Source of the DNA: Candidatus Thorarchaeota archaeon
GTDB taxonomy: Archaea > Asgardarchaeota > Thorarchaeia > Thorarchaeales > Thorarchaeaceae
Direction: 5' to 3'
NCBI GenBank assembly: GCA_048882325.1
Contig: JBHLRS010000011.1
Coordinates: 1-64,000 of the forward strand
DNA: 64,000 nt
The notes below the pieces were generated by a model. The model had not been told where the DNA came from. It was given only the letters and a program-made list of their open reading frames with translations, and did not search any database. The position numbers and the translations under genes are program-made. This document shows positions 48,522 to 57,726 of this stretch, in pieces (position 1 is the first letter of the stretch; each line of letters begins with the position of its first letter).

Positions 48522-49679
48522 TTGGCAAAGGTAGGAAAGAAGAAGAACACAAAGTTATGGCGCATTTGGTCTATGTTCCTAAAGGAACTTAAACTGGTTC
48601 AGAATGACAAGTTTGCGCTTCTCTTGGTCTTTATTCTTCCGACAATGATAATGGTGACAATGTTTGCAGCTACAAACCAGGAATCTATTGGTATTTCTCC
48701 AGAAACTGGTAAGAATGCAGATGCAATCCGGATCGGTGTGGTTGACATCGATTCGACAGACACATTCCCCGGAGAAGATCTCTCAGTAAATTTCACTTGG
48801 TACCTTACAAACAGTCCTGACTTCATAGTCCAAGTATTTGATACCGAAGCAGATGCGTTAGATGCTCTGTATTTCGATAGGGTCCAAGCCTATGCAGTGA
48901 TTCCTTATGGATTCGAAGGAAACATCACTAATGATATTCCTGCCTTCGTGGACATTCACATTAGTAGTACTGACTTCGAGAGTCAGTCGTCGGTTTTCTC
49001 AATATTTTCTAGCGTAGTTCAAAATTTCCGGTACGATCACGGTTGGGTCAAGGGAGAGATAGCATCAGAAATGGTGGCTGAGTTTCAGCCTCCTGGTTCA
49101 GACGGCTTCGAGGCAACATTTGGAGTCTTCATGATTGTATTTGCAGTATTCATTGCTGTAGCCGCGACCGCGGCTCAAGCAATTGTTGGCGATGTACCTC
49201 TCAACAGGATGCTTCTAACACCAGCAAGCAAGATGGAAGCAATTCTAGCTAAGGTCTGTGCGTACTTCATAGTTGGGATGGTTCAGGGTCAGTTTTTACT
49301 TATTCTCTGGCAATTACTCTTCAACATAAATGTCTGGAACCAGTATCTAACGATGAACATTGTCCTTGCGTTAATGTCGCTCTCTGGTTCATGTCTTGGT
49401 GTTCTAATATCAACAATTGTCACGACAAGATTACAGGCAAATCAATCGTTTCTATTTCTCATGTTTGGTAGCACTATTGTAGGAACTGGTTTCATGGATG
49501 TGGGCCCGGTAGATGATTACTTTCCATTAAACTTGGGTAGAGTCATGATGTCAGACACTGCTTTCAAAGGAGTTGCGCTAACCGAGTTCATGGGAGATAT
49601 CATTGTCATTTTGGAATTCTCATTGATTCTTCTACTTATAGCATGGGTAATTTTCGCTAGAAGAACAACTTTAGCATAG
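48522..49679 (+). CDS. ABC-2 type exporter permease
   Basis: KELK...NDK..L..VF.LP, IGVVD.D, L.RMLLTP.S..E.IL.K. Confidence 0.85.
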   Translation: MAKVGKKKNTKLWRIWSMFLKELKLVQNDKFALLLVFILPTMIMVTMFAATNQESIGISPETGKNADAIRIGVVDIDSTDTFPGEDLSVNFTWYLTNSPDFIVQVFDTEADALDALYFDRVQAYAVIPYGFEGNITNDIPAFVDIHISSTDFESQSSVFSIFSSVVQNFRYDHGWVKGEIASEMVAEFQPPGSDGFEATFGVFMIVFAVFIAVAATAAQAIVGDVPLNRMLLTPASKMEAILAKVCAYFIVGMVQGQFLLILWQLLFNINVWNQYLTMNIVLALMSLSGSCLGVLISTIVTTRLQANQSFLFLMFGSTIVGTGFMDVGPVDDYFPLNLGRVMMSDTAFKGVALTEFMGDIIVILEFSLILLLIAWVIFARRTTLA

Positions 49680-49738
49680 TTGGTGACAAGACCCTTAAGG
49701 TTCAGGTCCTCATAAAATTCAGGGAGGTCTGATAATCT

Positions 49739-49942
49739 ATGAGTGTTGTCAAAGTAATAGAACTAATTGGAGAGTCACCAAAAAGCTGGGAAGACGCCTG
49801 CAAGAATGCACTTGAAGTTGCGGCGAAAACTCTCAGGGGTATTGTAGGGATCGATGTTGATCACTTCACTTGTAAGGTTGAAGATAACAAGATCGTAGCT
49901 TTCCGGGCTAACATAAAAGTGGCTTTCAAGTATCAAGATTGA
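49739..49942 (+). CDS. Dodecin (flavin-binding)
   Basis: SVVKVIELIGESPKSWEDA..NA...A.KTLRGI...FR...KVAF. Confidence 0.92.
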   Translation: MSVVKVIELIGESPKSWEDACKNALEVAAKTLRGIVGIDVDHFTCKVEDNKIVAFRANIKVAFKYQD

Positions 49943-50016
49943 GCGTCGCCTATTCATTAGCTCAAACTATACGAGATGAATAGAGGGATCTGACTTTACA
50001 GATCCCTTACACTTTA

Positions 50017-50892
50017 TTAGAATAAACCGGGTAGCAGATTTGGCAAACTGATGAGAAAAACCACTATTCCATTGTTAATACCATGAGCAATGGATGGTCC
50101 AATGATATTGTAATTTCTTTGTTGAGCCAAAAAACCAAGAAATACACCAAGTACGAATCTTGTGGGGAGTCCAATAATGTCGAGATGTATTGCCGCAAAA
50201 ATAAAACTGCTAATCACTAGTGCCACTATCTTGTAGTTCGTTGTCCCGCGAACACGAAAGTACATCTCCATGCGACGTTGCATAAATCCTCGAAATATCA
50301 GTTCTTCAGTGAATCCCACTAAGACAAACATTGCGAAAAACCATGCTGCCATCTCAGTCCAGTTTCTCGCCACTAATAGCTCTTCCGCACCTGGCGGAGT
50401 GGGTCCAGTTCCTATTGATATGATCCATGAAATGAAGAAATTGGCTCCTAACAGTGCCGCGCCAAAAGCAACTCCAAGTCCAATATCGATTGAAGACAAG
50501 ATGTTTTTGATTCCGATAGCAGATCTGGGGAGTCCATGTTTTCGGATATAGTACAGTGGCGGAACAGCAAATGAGAGTTCTGCAAATGTCAGAATCAACA
50601 TAGCTAACGGATCTATTCGGATAATGACTCCTGAATAGAAATCAATGATTATAAGATCTGATAACATCAATGGAATCATCATGACAATGGTTACGCCAAC
50701 CATTAGAATCATTCCAAGAGCTGTGTAACCTAGAACTCCAAACATCTGATTCTTATTGACTTGGTCTTCTAGAAGCATCCCAGGTTCAAAGATTCCAATT
50801 CCCTCAGCTTCTTCAAGTTCAAATTTATCTGGGTCATCCATGACCAAAGGGTACAACCTCGAGTTCATTGAATTTGAAACTGAATTAAGCAT
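50017..50892 (-). CDS. CPBP/Abi (CAAX protease type II) intramembrane metalloprotease
   Basis: EELIFRG, FAAIH, HGINN. Confidence 0.9.
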   Translation of the reverse strand: MLNSVSNSMNSRLYPLVMDDPDKFELEEAEGIGIFEPGMLLEDQVNKNQMFGVLGYTALGMILMVGVTIVMMIPLMLSDLIIIDFYSGVIIRIDPLAMLILTFAELSFAVPPLYYIRKHGLPRSAIGIKNILSSIDIGLGVAFGAALLGANFFISWIISIGTGPTPPGAEELLVARNWTEMAAWFFAMFVLVGFTEELIFRGFMQRRMEMYFRVRGTTNYKIVALVISSFIFAAIHLDIIGLPTRFVLGVFLGFLAQQRNYNIIGPSIAHGINNGIVVFLISLPNLLPGLF

Positions 50893-50998
50893 TTGGTTTG
50901 CAACATCATAAGGATTGCTTGTTCCGCACAGACTTTATGAGGAACTTCATAGGTGAAATCAGCTAAAATCAATGAGTTACTGACTCGGGAAGAAGTGA

Positions 50999-53008
50999 TT
51001 GAAAGTGGATGAGCACATTGAACCCAAACGCAGAAGGGGTAATGTTCTACTTCTATCCACAATAATCATTATTGCTAGCATTGTAGGACTATATGCAGCT
51101 CCCCCTACATTTTCTGAACCTGATCTAACAGTTAGAGTTGCAATCATTGACTCTGGAATCACGATTACACAAGAGCTGGAAACCCGAGTAGTAGCTGCCA
51201 AGAGTTTCGTAAACATCTCTTATGGATATCCAGATACAGATAATTCGACGGACGATAGTATCCCTGGTGGTGTAGTGCATGGATCATACATAGCCACTAT
51301 CATAGCATCAGAGGCCCCTGATGCTGCGCTTGTCAATGCAAAAGTCGTGTCTGAACATGACATCGCAACACCCACAGCAATAATCGCGGCTATAAGATGG
51401 GCGGTCCTCGAAGAGAATTGCAGTGTCATTAATCTGAGTCTTGGAATATCACCAATTCACAATGATTCCATAGGCGCAGCAGTTCAGTGGGCATTCAGAC
51501 AAGGTGTGTCTATTGTCGCAGCAGCTGGAAACAATGGGCAGGGTGGCATCTCAGGTAGTTCAGTAGAATCACCTGCAATGTATCCTGAGGTCATTGCAGT
51601 AGCAGCAGTCGACGAAGACAGTGTTCCTTATTCATTCTCCGCTATCGGCCCACTTCGTGACAGAACAATGAAGCCTGATATTTCAGCAATTGGTTACTAT
51701 CAGGTCAATGGTAAGAAGGTACTTGGAACGAGTTTTGCAGCACCAATTGTAGCTGCTGGAGCTGCGAAGATAATCTCTCATTGCATCAATAATGGATGGA
51801 CTTGGACTCCAGGGATGATAAAAGCTGCAATTATGCTCGGTGCATTTCATCTTCCATTTGAAGAGTGGGTGGTTGGAGCTGGTCTTCTTGATATTGTCAC
51901 CTCTCTTCAGTATATCGATATTTCGCAGAAACAGAACGGACTTCCGCTGCTAGCCATAGTTACTCCGGCAACAAGTCCCTTCTCTTTCGAGCGATATTTC
52001 GTTAATCACACATCACGAATACAAGTTTCCATCTTTTCATCTACAAATGATAGTTTTTCTTTAGCATACACAGGATTAGGTGCAAAGTGGCTGACTGGTC
52101 CCTCTTCTGTTTTTGTGAATCAGACTGCATCATTCTTTCTTGAACTTCGAGTTGAATCATCGCAAGCAGAGGAAGATCAAGAAGCGTCAATCTCTGTGGC
52201 ATCTCCAGGGTATTTTCATCTGAATCTGGAGTTTTCCTTTGACGCTATTGTCGCCTTGTATGAGGTGGCTTTTGACATAAGTCACACTCCTTGGGCAATA
52301 GATTCCATTTATGGACAGTTTAGAAGGCTCTATAGAACTCTGACCAAGGCAGGTATCGCCATAGATGAACTTAGGTTTCCAGAAAACCTCACATTAGATA
52401 CCTTATCAAATTTTGATCTAGTCTTTGTACTTGACCCCTGTGCATGGGCATACTCAGTTGATGGATTCGTCTATGAGAAGGTCGACCTATTTTCATATAC
52501 GCCTCAACAGTTAGCAGCATATGCCGCCTATTTTCAAAATGGAGGTAACCTTTTCCTGGTTGGACTAACGAATTCGAGTATTAATCAGGAATGCGCCAAT
52601 GCTCTCTTCTCTAAATTCAACATAACCCTAAATGATGATCATATCCCCGGCATCACAATCATTGTGAATGGAGTGTCTTCCACTGAGCTGATTAATGGAA
52701 TGATTGAACATCAAATCACAGACCGTGTGGATGCTTTTGATTATAATGGCTGCTCACTCAATTTCACAGGTGATCCCTTTGAAATAGCATGGAAAGATGT
52801 CATTTGGCAGGATGAAAATGGGACATACCATTCTGAGAGGCGGTCGGTGTTAGTTGGTCTTGAATATGGTAACTCCAGTCGCTTGATTGCCACAGGTAGC
52901 AATTTCTTCCTTGATAACTGGGCCTTATCCAATTCATATCGGTCAGATCAAGATTTGCGATTTGTGCTACAGACAGTATATTGGTTACTTCACGCTCTTG
53001 AACATTAG
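50999..53008 (+). CDS. Membrane-anchored S8 subtilase with Site-1-protease-like C-terminal domain
   Basis: IIDSG, HGS, AAGNNG, GTSFAAP; KPDI; C-terminal FD..H...F..LY..L...G and GG.L...N.LF..FNI. Confidence 0.85.
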   Translation: MKVDEHIEPKRRRGNVLLLSTIIIIASIVGLYAAPPTFSEPDLTVRVAIIDSGITITQELETRVVAAKSFVNISYGYPDTDNSTDDSIPGGVVHGSYIATIIASEAPDAALVNAKVVSEHDIATPTAIIAAIRWAVLEENCSVINLSLGISPIHNDSIGAAVQWAFRQGVSIVAAAGNNGQGGISGSSVESPAMYPEVIAVAAVDEDSVPYSFSAIGPLRDRTMKPDISAIGYYQVNGKKVLGTSFAAPIVAAGAAKIISHCINNGWTWTPGMIKAAIMLGAFHLPFEEWVVGAGLLDIVTSLQYIDISQKQNGLPLLAIVTPATSPFSFERYFVNHTSRIQVSIFSSTNDSFSLAYTGLGAKWLTGPSSVFVNQTASFFLELRVESSQAEEDQEASISVASPGYFHLNLEFSFDAIVALYEVAFDISHTPWAIDSIYGQFRRLYRTLTKAGIAIDELRFPENLTLDTLSNFDLVFVLDPCAWAYSVDGFVYEKVDLFSYTPQQLAAYAAYFQNGGNLFLVGLTNSSINQECANALFSKFNITLNDDHIPGITIIVNGVSSTELINGMIEHQITDRVDAFDYNGCSLNFTGDPFEIAWKDVIWQDENGTYHSERRSVLVGLEYGNSSRLIATGSNFFLDNWALSNSYRSDQDLRFVLQTVYWLLHALEH

Positions 53009-53388
53009 AGCAGTGGGGCAATCTTTTCTGCTGCGGTATTAGCTGCATAAACTAGGAGCCCGGTCTTCATTCCTTTGGCCGCTGCAAGGACGAGAATGGC
53101 TTTCTCACCTGCACTCTTCATTATCATGAGTCCTTTTTCATTGGTCATCAGTATTTCTTCGAGGGTCCCTTGATCCATGCGTTCAGCAGCTAGGTCTGCT
53201 ACACCTAAGATTGATGCTGCCATTGCTGCAATCTCTGCTTCCTCAAGACCTTGTGGAACTGCTGAAGAAATAGGGAGCCCTTCCTTAGATAGAAGCATCC
53301 ATGCTCGTATACCAGCGGCAAGTGCAGTTGCTTCTTCCATTATCTGCCTTAGCTTCACCTGCAGCTCCTCAAAGCTCGGATCAAACAT
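53005..53388 (-). CDS. Roadblock/LC7 domain protein
   Basis: LLSKEGLPISS...IAAMAASIL...L.EI....EKG.......AGEKAIL. Confidence 0.9.
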   Translation of the reverse strand: MFDPSFEELQVKLRQIMEEATALAAGIRAWMLLSKEGLPISSAVPQGLEEAEIAAMAASILGVADLAAERMDQGTLEEILMTNEKGLMIMKSAGEKAILVLAAAKGMKTGLLVYAANTAAEKIAPLL

Positions 53389-53531
53389 GGCTGCCACTCT
53401 TTTCTCTCTCACTAGTAGGATAGTTGTCACTTGGAAATGCGCATTAATAAAGTTTGCATGACTAACGTATCCCAGACGTTCAGAATAATACTTCAGAGAG
53501 CGTACTCAAGGATGGTATGCCGCTATAATGG

Positions 53532-54167
53532 GTGTCTGAAATGAATTCAATGCATCGACTCGACGTAGCAAAACCAACCGATGCAACAATAGGTTGGAAA
53601 AAGGGGGTTCGTGTCCTAGGAGTGGCTGAGAGTTTCGAGAAGAGCGAATCTCGCAGCATACTTGCTGGAGTAGTTATGAGAGCGGATTTCAGGATTGATG
53701 GCTTTAGTGTCTGCACACCTACGATTGGCGGAACTGATTCAACAACTGAATTGGTTACAATGTTTCATCGTCTCAATCGAAAAGACATTAGAGCTTGGCT
53801 GTTAGGTGGTTCGGTAATTTCGTGGTTCAATATAGTCGATATCTCGGTCCTCCATGAAGAAACCGACACACCTGTCATTTGTATCTCATACCATCCTTCA
53901 GAGGGAATCGAGAAGTATCTCGAGGAGTACTTCCCTGCTGATTGGAAGGAGCGAATAGAAATTCTTGATAGGGTTGGGGACCGAACATCAGTGCAATTGA
54001 GAACCGGGCATTCTGTGTTCCTCTCTGTTGCAGGTATTGGTACGACTCGTGCAAGAAATCTGTTGGACAAACTGACATTAGATGGTAGAATTCCGGAACC
54101 TGTAAGAGTGGCCAGAACGATTGCCGCAGGGCTCCATCGTGATTTCATGAAAGTCATGCAAATCTAG
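53532..54167 (+). CDS. DUF99 / endonuclease V-like protein
   Basis: RVLGVAESF, GVVMR.D..IDG, G....FN.VD, IPEP.RVA. Confidence 0.85.
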   Translation: MSEMNSMHRLDVAKPTDATIGWKKGVRVLGVAESFEKSESRSILAGVVMRADFRIDGFSVCTPTIGGTDSTTELVTMFHRLNRKDIRAWLLGGSVISWFNIVDISVLHEETDTPVICISYHPSEGIEKYLEEYFPADWKERIEILDRVGDRTSVQLRTGHSVFLSVAGIGTTRARNLLDKLTLDGRIPEPVRVARTIAAGLHRDFMKVMQI

Positions 54168-54176
54168 ACAACATTG

Positions 54177-54815
54177 TTAGCGAGTGATGCGGTTTAACTC
54201 CAATCCTTGGTGTTGAGCATTGGAAATGTGCTCCTCGTAAAGATCCCAGAACAATTCCTCCATGATTTCTAGATCTATGCCTTCGAGAATACTCCGACTA
54301 TTAACAAAGAACTGATCCAAGATTTTTGGTGACACACCCGATGCTTCTAGGGAAAGCGCATGAACTATCATGTCGATTATGTCCGCTCCACGGACAATTC
54401 GTGACTCCATACTTTCCATTCGTAAACTTTCATTCCATAGGTCAATAAGCCACTTCCCAAAGTGTATACTCTTCTCGCTAATTTGCTGAATAGCCTTTTT
54501 CTCAGCTTCATCCTTCCCTTCTTGAAATCTCTCCGCTCCGAGCTCAATTGCAGTTCTAGGAATATCTGATAACCTTGACTCAACAAGATCATGAATTATC
54601 GCCATCATAGATACTTTCCCCAAATCAACATGAATTCCATTATCGATACATCTCTTGGCAATCAATGATGAAATTAACGCTGTGCCAAACGTATGTTCTC
54701 CAACGGATTCCGGCCTCACGCAATCAACTCCTGCAAGGGCCCAACCTGTTCGGGTTAATCTCTTCAGAGTTTCACCTTTTCTTGCTAAATCCACGATCTC
54801 TCTAGATGCGCTCAC
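54177..54815 (-). CDS. HD-domain 5'-deoxynucleotidase (YfbR/HDDC2-like)
   Basis: LKRL.RTGW...ESV.EH, HDL.E...DIP, AD; GAGGTG RBS before GTG 54815. Confidence 0.85.
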   Translation of the reverse strand: MSASREIVDLARKGETLKRLTRTGWALAGVDCVRPESVGEHTFGTALISSLIAKRCIDNGIHVDLGKVSMMAIIHDLVESRLSDIPRTAIELGAERFQEGKDEAEKKAIQQISEKSIHFGKWLIDLWNESLRMESMESRIVRGADIIDMIVHALSLEASGVSPKILDQFFVNSRSILEGIDLEIMEELFWDLYEEHISNAQHQGLELNRITR

Positions 54816-54842
54816 ATAGACCACCTCATTCGCTGAACTGTG

Positions 54843-54875
54843 AAAAAGAGAAGTAGTGGGGGCACTTTGCCCCCA
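54843..54875 (-). terminator. GC hairpin plus T-tract after BMP gene
   Basis: Perfect 8-bp stem TGGGGGCA-CTT-TGCCCCCA (54857-54875), followed on minus strand by CTTCTCTTTTT. Confidence 0.6.
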
Positions 54876-54891
54876 AGAAACGTCCATTGGC

Positions 54892-56007
54892 TTATGACAG
54901 TGTGATTGTACCATTTATGATGGCCAAGCGGTAGTCAACTGTCATGTTTATCATTCTGTCCGTAACCCATTCATTATCTGATTGCTGGAATTCTTCCAAG
55001 TCAGCTAAACCGATACCATTGTTGTCAAGGTTGCCAATCCCATCAGCACTACCATAATTGAGGTTTCCTGTAAAATCACCCCAAAGAGTAGCATTGATAA
55101 TGCGGTAAACCGATAGATCCGAACGAGGTACGATACTGGTCACCATCCATGATGGACCGGTTGCTATCTCGATGTTTGGATTGCCCAAAAACCTTTGATC
55201 GCCCTCTGCACCAATTACAAAAGGCTCATGGTTCACTGTTCCGTTGAACCAAGTCAGATTTGCGTAAACCATCGCTGCTCGAATTCCCATATAGCTAGCT
55301 CGAACTGGGGCAAAGATGACAGAAGCATTTCCATTTTGTGGATCCCACATATTTGTTGCAAGATCCTCTGCAGTTTGTGTGTCATTATAAGAGCCGACGT
55401 ATTCAACATCGAGGAGTGTGACATTTCCAAGAGTTTGATTTGCATAATCAACACCTTGGAGGAAGCCATCTATCAAATCCGCAATCACTGGGTCAGTTTC
55501 TAGAGCTCCAATCACACCTACTACTCCAGTTCTGTTCACGTTACCTACGGCTAGATAAGCTGCAAGTGTACCAGCAAGAAATGCAGCTTCGTCGTATGCA
55601 AATGTAGCAGATGCAACATTCTCCTGACTAACATACCCACCAATGTATCCGAATTTCTGATTGGGGTGAGCAGCTGCTACTGTGTCTAAAGCACCCGATA
55701 TTCCAATCTCCGTTCCTATGACTAATATTAGGTCATGGTTCCCTCGAGTAGCGAGTTCATCTATGAGTGTTTCCAGAGCTGAAACACTCTCTACCACTCT
55801 GAAATCATAACTGACAACTACTTCCACCTCGAACAGTCCCTCATATGCTTGATCGGCCATACTCAAGTCCCCAAATCCAGGGTCGATAACTACGACTGCA
55901 ACGTGTGATGGAACATACTGATTTGTCAAAAATACGAAACCGCCAACTGCGGCGAATACAAGAATAACTATTACTGCGGATGAAATGACACCAGCCCTTG
56001 AGCTCAA
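54892..56007 (-). CDS. BMP family (nucleoside-type) ABC substrate-binding protein
   Basis: N-terminal TM; GFGD.S..D.AY.G, E.AFLAG..AA, F.QG..YAN, YVGSY.D; GGAGG RBS before TTG 56007. Confidence 0.82.
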   Translation of the reverse strand: MSSRAGVISSAVIVILVFAAVGGFVFLTNQYVPSHVAVVVIDPGFGDLSMADQAYEGLFEVEVVVSYDFRVVESVSALETLIDELATRGNHDLILVIGTEIGISGALDTVAAAHPNQKFGYIGGYVSQENVASATFAYDEAAFLAGTLAAYLAVGNVNRTGVVGVIGALETDPVIADLIDGFLQGVDYANQTLGNVTLLDVEYVGSYNDTQTAEDLATNMWDPQNGNASVIFAPVRASYMGIRAAMVYANLTWFNGTVNHEPFVIGAEGDQRFLGNPNIEIATGPSWMVTSIVPRSDLSVYRIINATLWGDFTGNLNYGSADGIGNLDNNGIGLADLEEFQQSDNEWVTDRMINMTVDYRLAIINGTITLS

Positions 56008-56119
56008 GGTTATGCCTCCATGGTCGTTAGCCTCGATGCTTTGGACCATCGATTTAAACTTGTTGCTCTGAGACGCATTGCACTTCTAATGCCCTTTCTG
56101 TGAAGAGTATCAGTTATAA

Positions 56120-56884
56120 ATGCGGAATCCTGACAGAACTCCTAAGAACATCGTGCTGGTTAATGCTATGGCGGAAGAAACTCTTGGAGAAGTGGCGACT
56201 CTTCTCGAGGAAACACTGAAGGTCCACCGCTCTGTAAAGAACGCAGTTCTCTGCACAAAAGAGGGTGTGGTGGTAGCCGCAGTGGCCCGAGGAGGAGAAA
56301 CAGATCCTAGAGTGATTGCTACTGTTTCATCTGCTTTGGTATGGGGTGGAACTTCTGCCCTTCATCATCTGAAGAGTTCGGGACCGATACACCTCGTTCA
56401 TACAACCAGCATCGAGCGGATTGTTACGATTGTCCAACCTCATTATCATCTTATTGTTATTATTTCCCGAGCTGATGATGCAGGATTGAATCTCGAACCG
56501 ATGATACCGACTTTCCAGTCTCTAGCCACTCGAATGGAGTTGGTGATGGGTTCAACTAGTGCATTTGGCAAGCAAACCATTCTCGGGACAATTGTTGAAG
56601 AAATTCCTGAGGTTACACAAGGCGTCTTGCTTACAATCGAAGGACTTCCACTTGGGTCAGTTGGGTTCAAAGATGAGGTTGAAGTGGCAGCAATGATGGG
56701 ATCCCTCTTTGCCAATGGAATGACCTATTCTGAAGTCACTGACACAATCACCCTGGACACCGCTAAACTCCGTCTCTTGATTACAAGGGTTGATGCGACA
56801 AGACTCCTAGCAGTAGTCTGTCCGGGTCCTAATCAAGAAGAAGTTGCTCAAAAAATACGTCTGATTTTAGATGGTGCTACCTAG
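56120..56884 (+). CDS. Tandem (double) Roadblock/LC7 domain protein
   Basis: Two repeats: VKNAVLCTKEGVVVA...IATVSSAL and VTQGVLLTIEGLPLGS...VAAMMGSL; likely start 56168. Confidence 0.72.
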   Translation: MRNPDRTPKNIVLVNAMAEETLGEVATLLEETLKVHRSVKNAVLCTKEGVVVAAVARGGETDPRVIATVSSALVWGGTSALHHLKSSGPIHLVHTTSIERIVTIVQPHYHLIVIISRADDAGLNLEPMIPTFQSLATRMELVMGSTSAFGKQTILGTIVEEIPEVTQGVLLTIEGLPLGSVGFKDEVEVAAMMGSLFANGMTYSEVTDTITLDTAKLRLLITRVDATRLLAVVCPGPNQEEVAQKIRLILDGAT

Positions 56885-57618
56885 CTCCCACCAGCTTCTG
56901 CTCTTTCTTGATCAATAAGAGTTTCCGACCCGTCCTCATCAATGAACTGAAACTCCCAGTCTGTCAGATTGATGGTGATAAAACAGTCCTTCCCACGTTC
57001 CGGACAATCGATACGGATGGTTACGTGATCAGGAGTTGACTCGCGAATTTCTGGGTTGAGACAACCGTCTTCGAGCTTTTCCATGAGAAATATCACATAT
57101 GCTTCAGTAATCGTATTCAGGCTCCCTCGCATAAGCAGATTTCCAAGCTCGTCTAGATAATGTCTTTTCTTTCTACCTTCTCGAACTACCTTGATGAGAC
57201 CTACCTCTTCCATTCGTGAAATGTGCCAGCGCACTGTGTCATGATGGACTCCTAGAGATTCAGCCATTTGTTCCTGATAGCATCCTGCATTGTTAACGAC
57301 AAAGGCGAAAATCTTCTGTGCTGTGTCGCTTCGCATCGTCAAGTACGCCATCTCAGCTTCCTGAGATCTCAGCATTCTTGGATAGTACAATCGTTTTCCT
57401 GCAAATTTGATGGACTTAACAAGACCTTCGCGCTCAAGGATTCGAAGATGCCAAGTCAGGGTGCCAAGAGGGGAAGAGAGAATATCTACTAACTCAAGGA
57501 GGTAAGTTCCAGGGTTCTCACACAGAACCTGATAGAGCTCTCTCCGGAACGGATGCAAAAGCAAAGCCATTCGTTTCTGACGACCCATAGCGTCTCCTCT
57601 CTTCTCTCTCTCCATCAT
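56881..57618 (-). CDS. Double winged-HTH transcriptional regulator
   Basis: RRELY...ENPG...EL...GTLTWHL.ILE.EGLV and a second HTH TVRWH..RME..GLI. Confidence 0.85.
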   Translation of the reverse strand: MMEREKRGDAMGRQKRMALLLHPFRRELYQVLCENPGTYLLELVDILSSPLGTLTWHLRILEREGLVKSIKFAGKRLYYPRMLRSQEAEMAYLTMRSDTAQKIFAFVVNNAGCYQEQMAESLGVHHDTVRWHISRMEEVGLIKVVREGRKKRHYLDELGNLLMRGSLNTITEAYVIFLMEKLEDGCLNPEIRESTPDHVTIRIDCPERGKDCFITINLTDWEFQFIDEDGSETLIDQERAEAGGS

Positions 57619-57726
57619 TTGTAATCGGTGATATAATTGCTTCGCCTCTCACCATATGAGGCGAATATTCGTGCAGTTCTTTGTCGTACGTAACTCTTAA
57701 TTACACGACTATGACGTCCAACCTCG

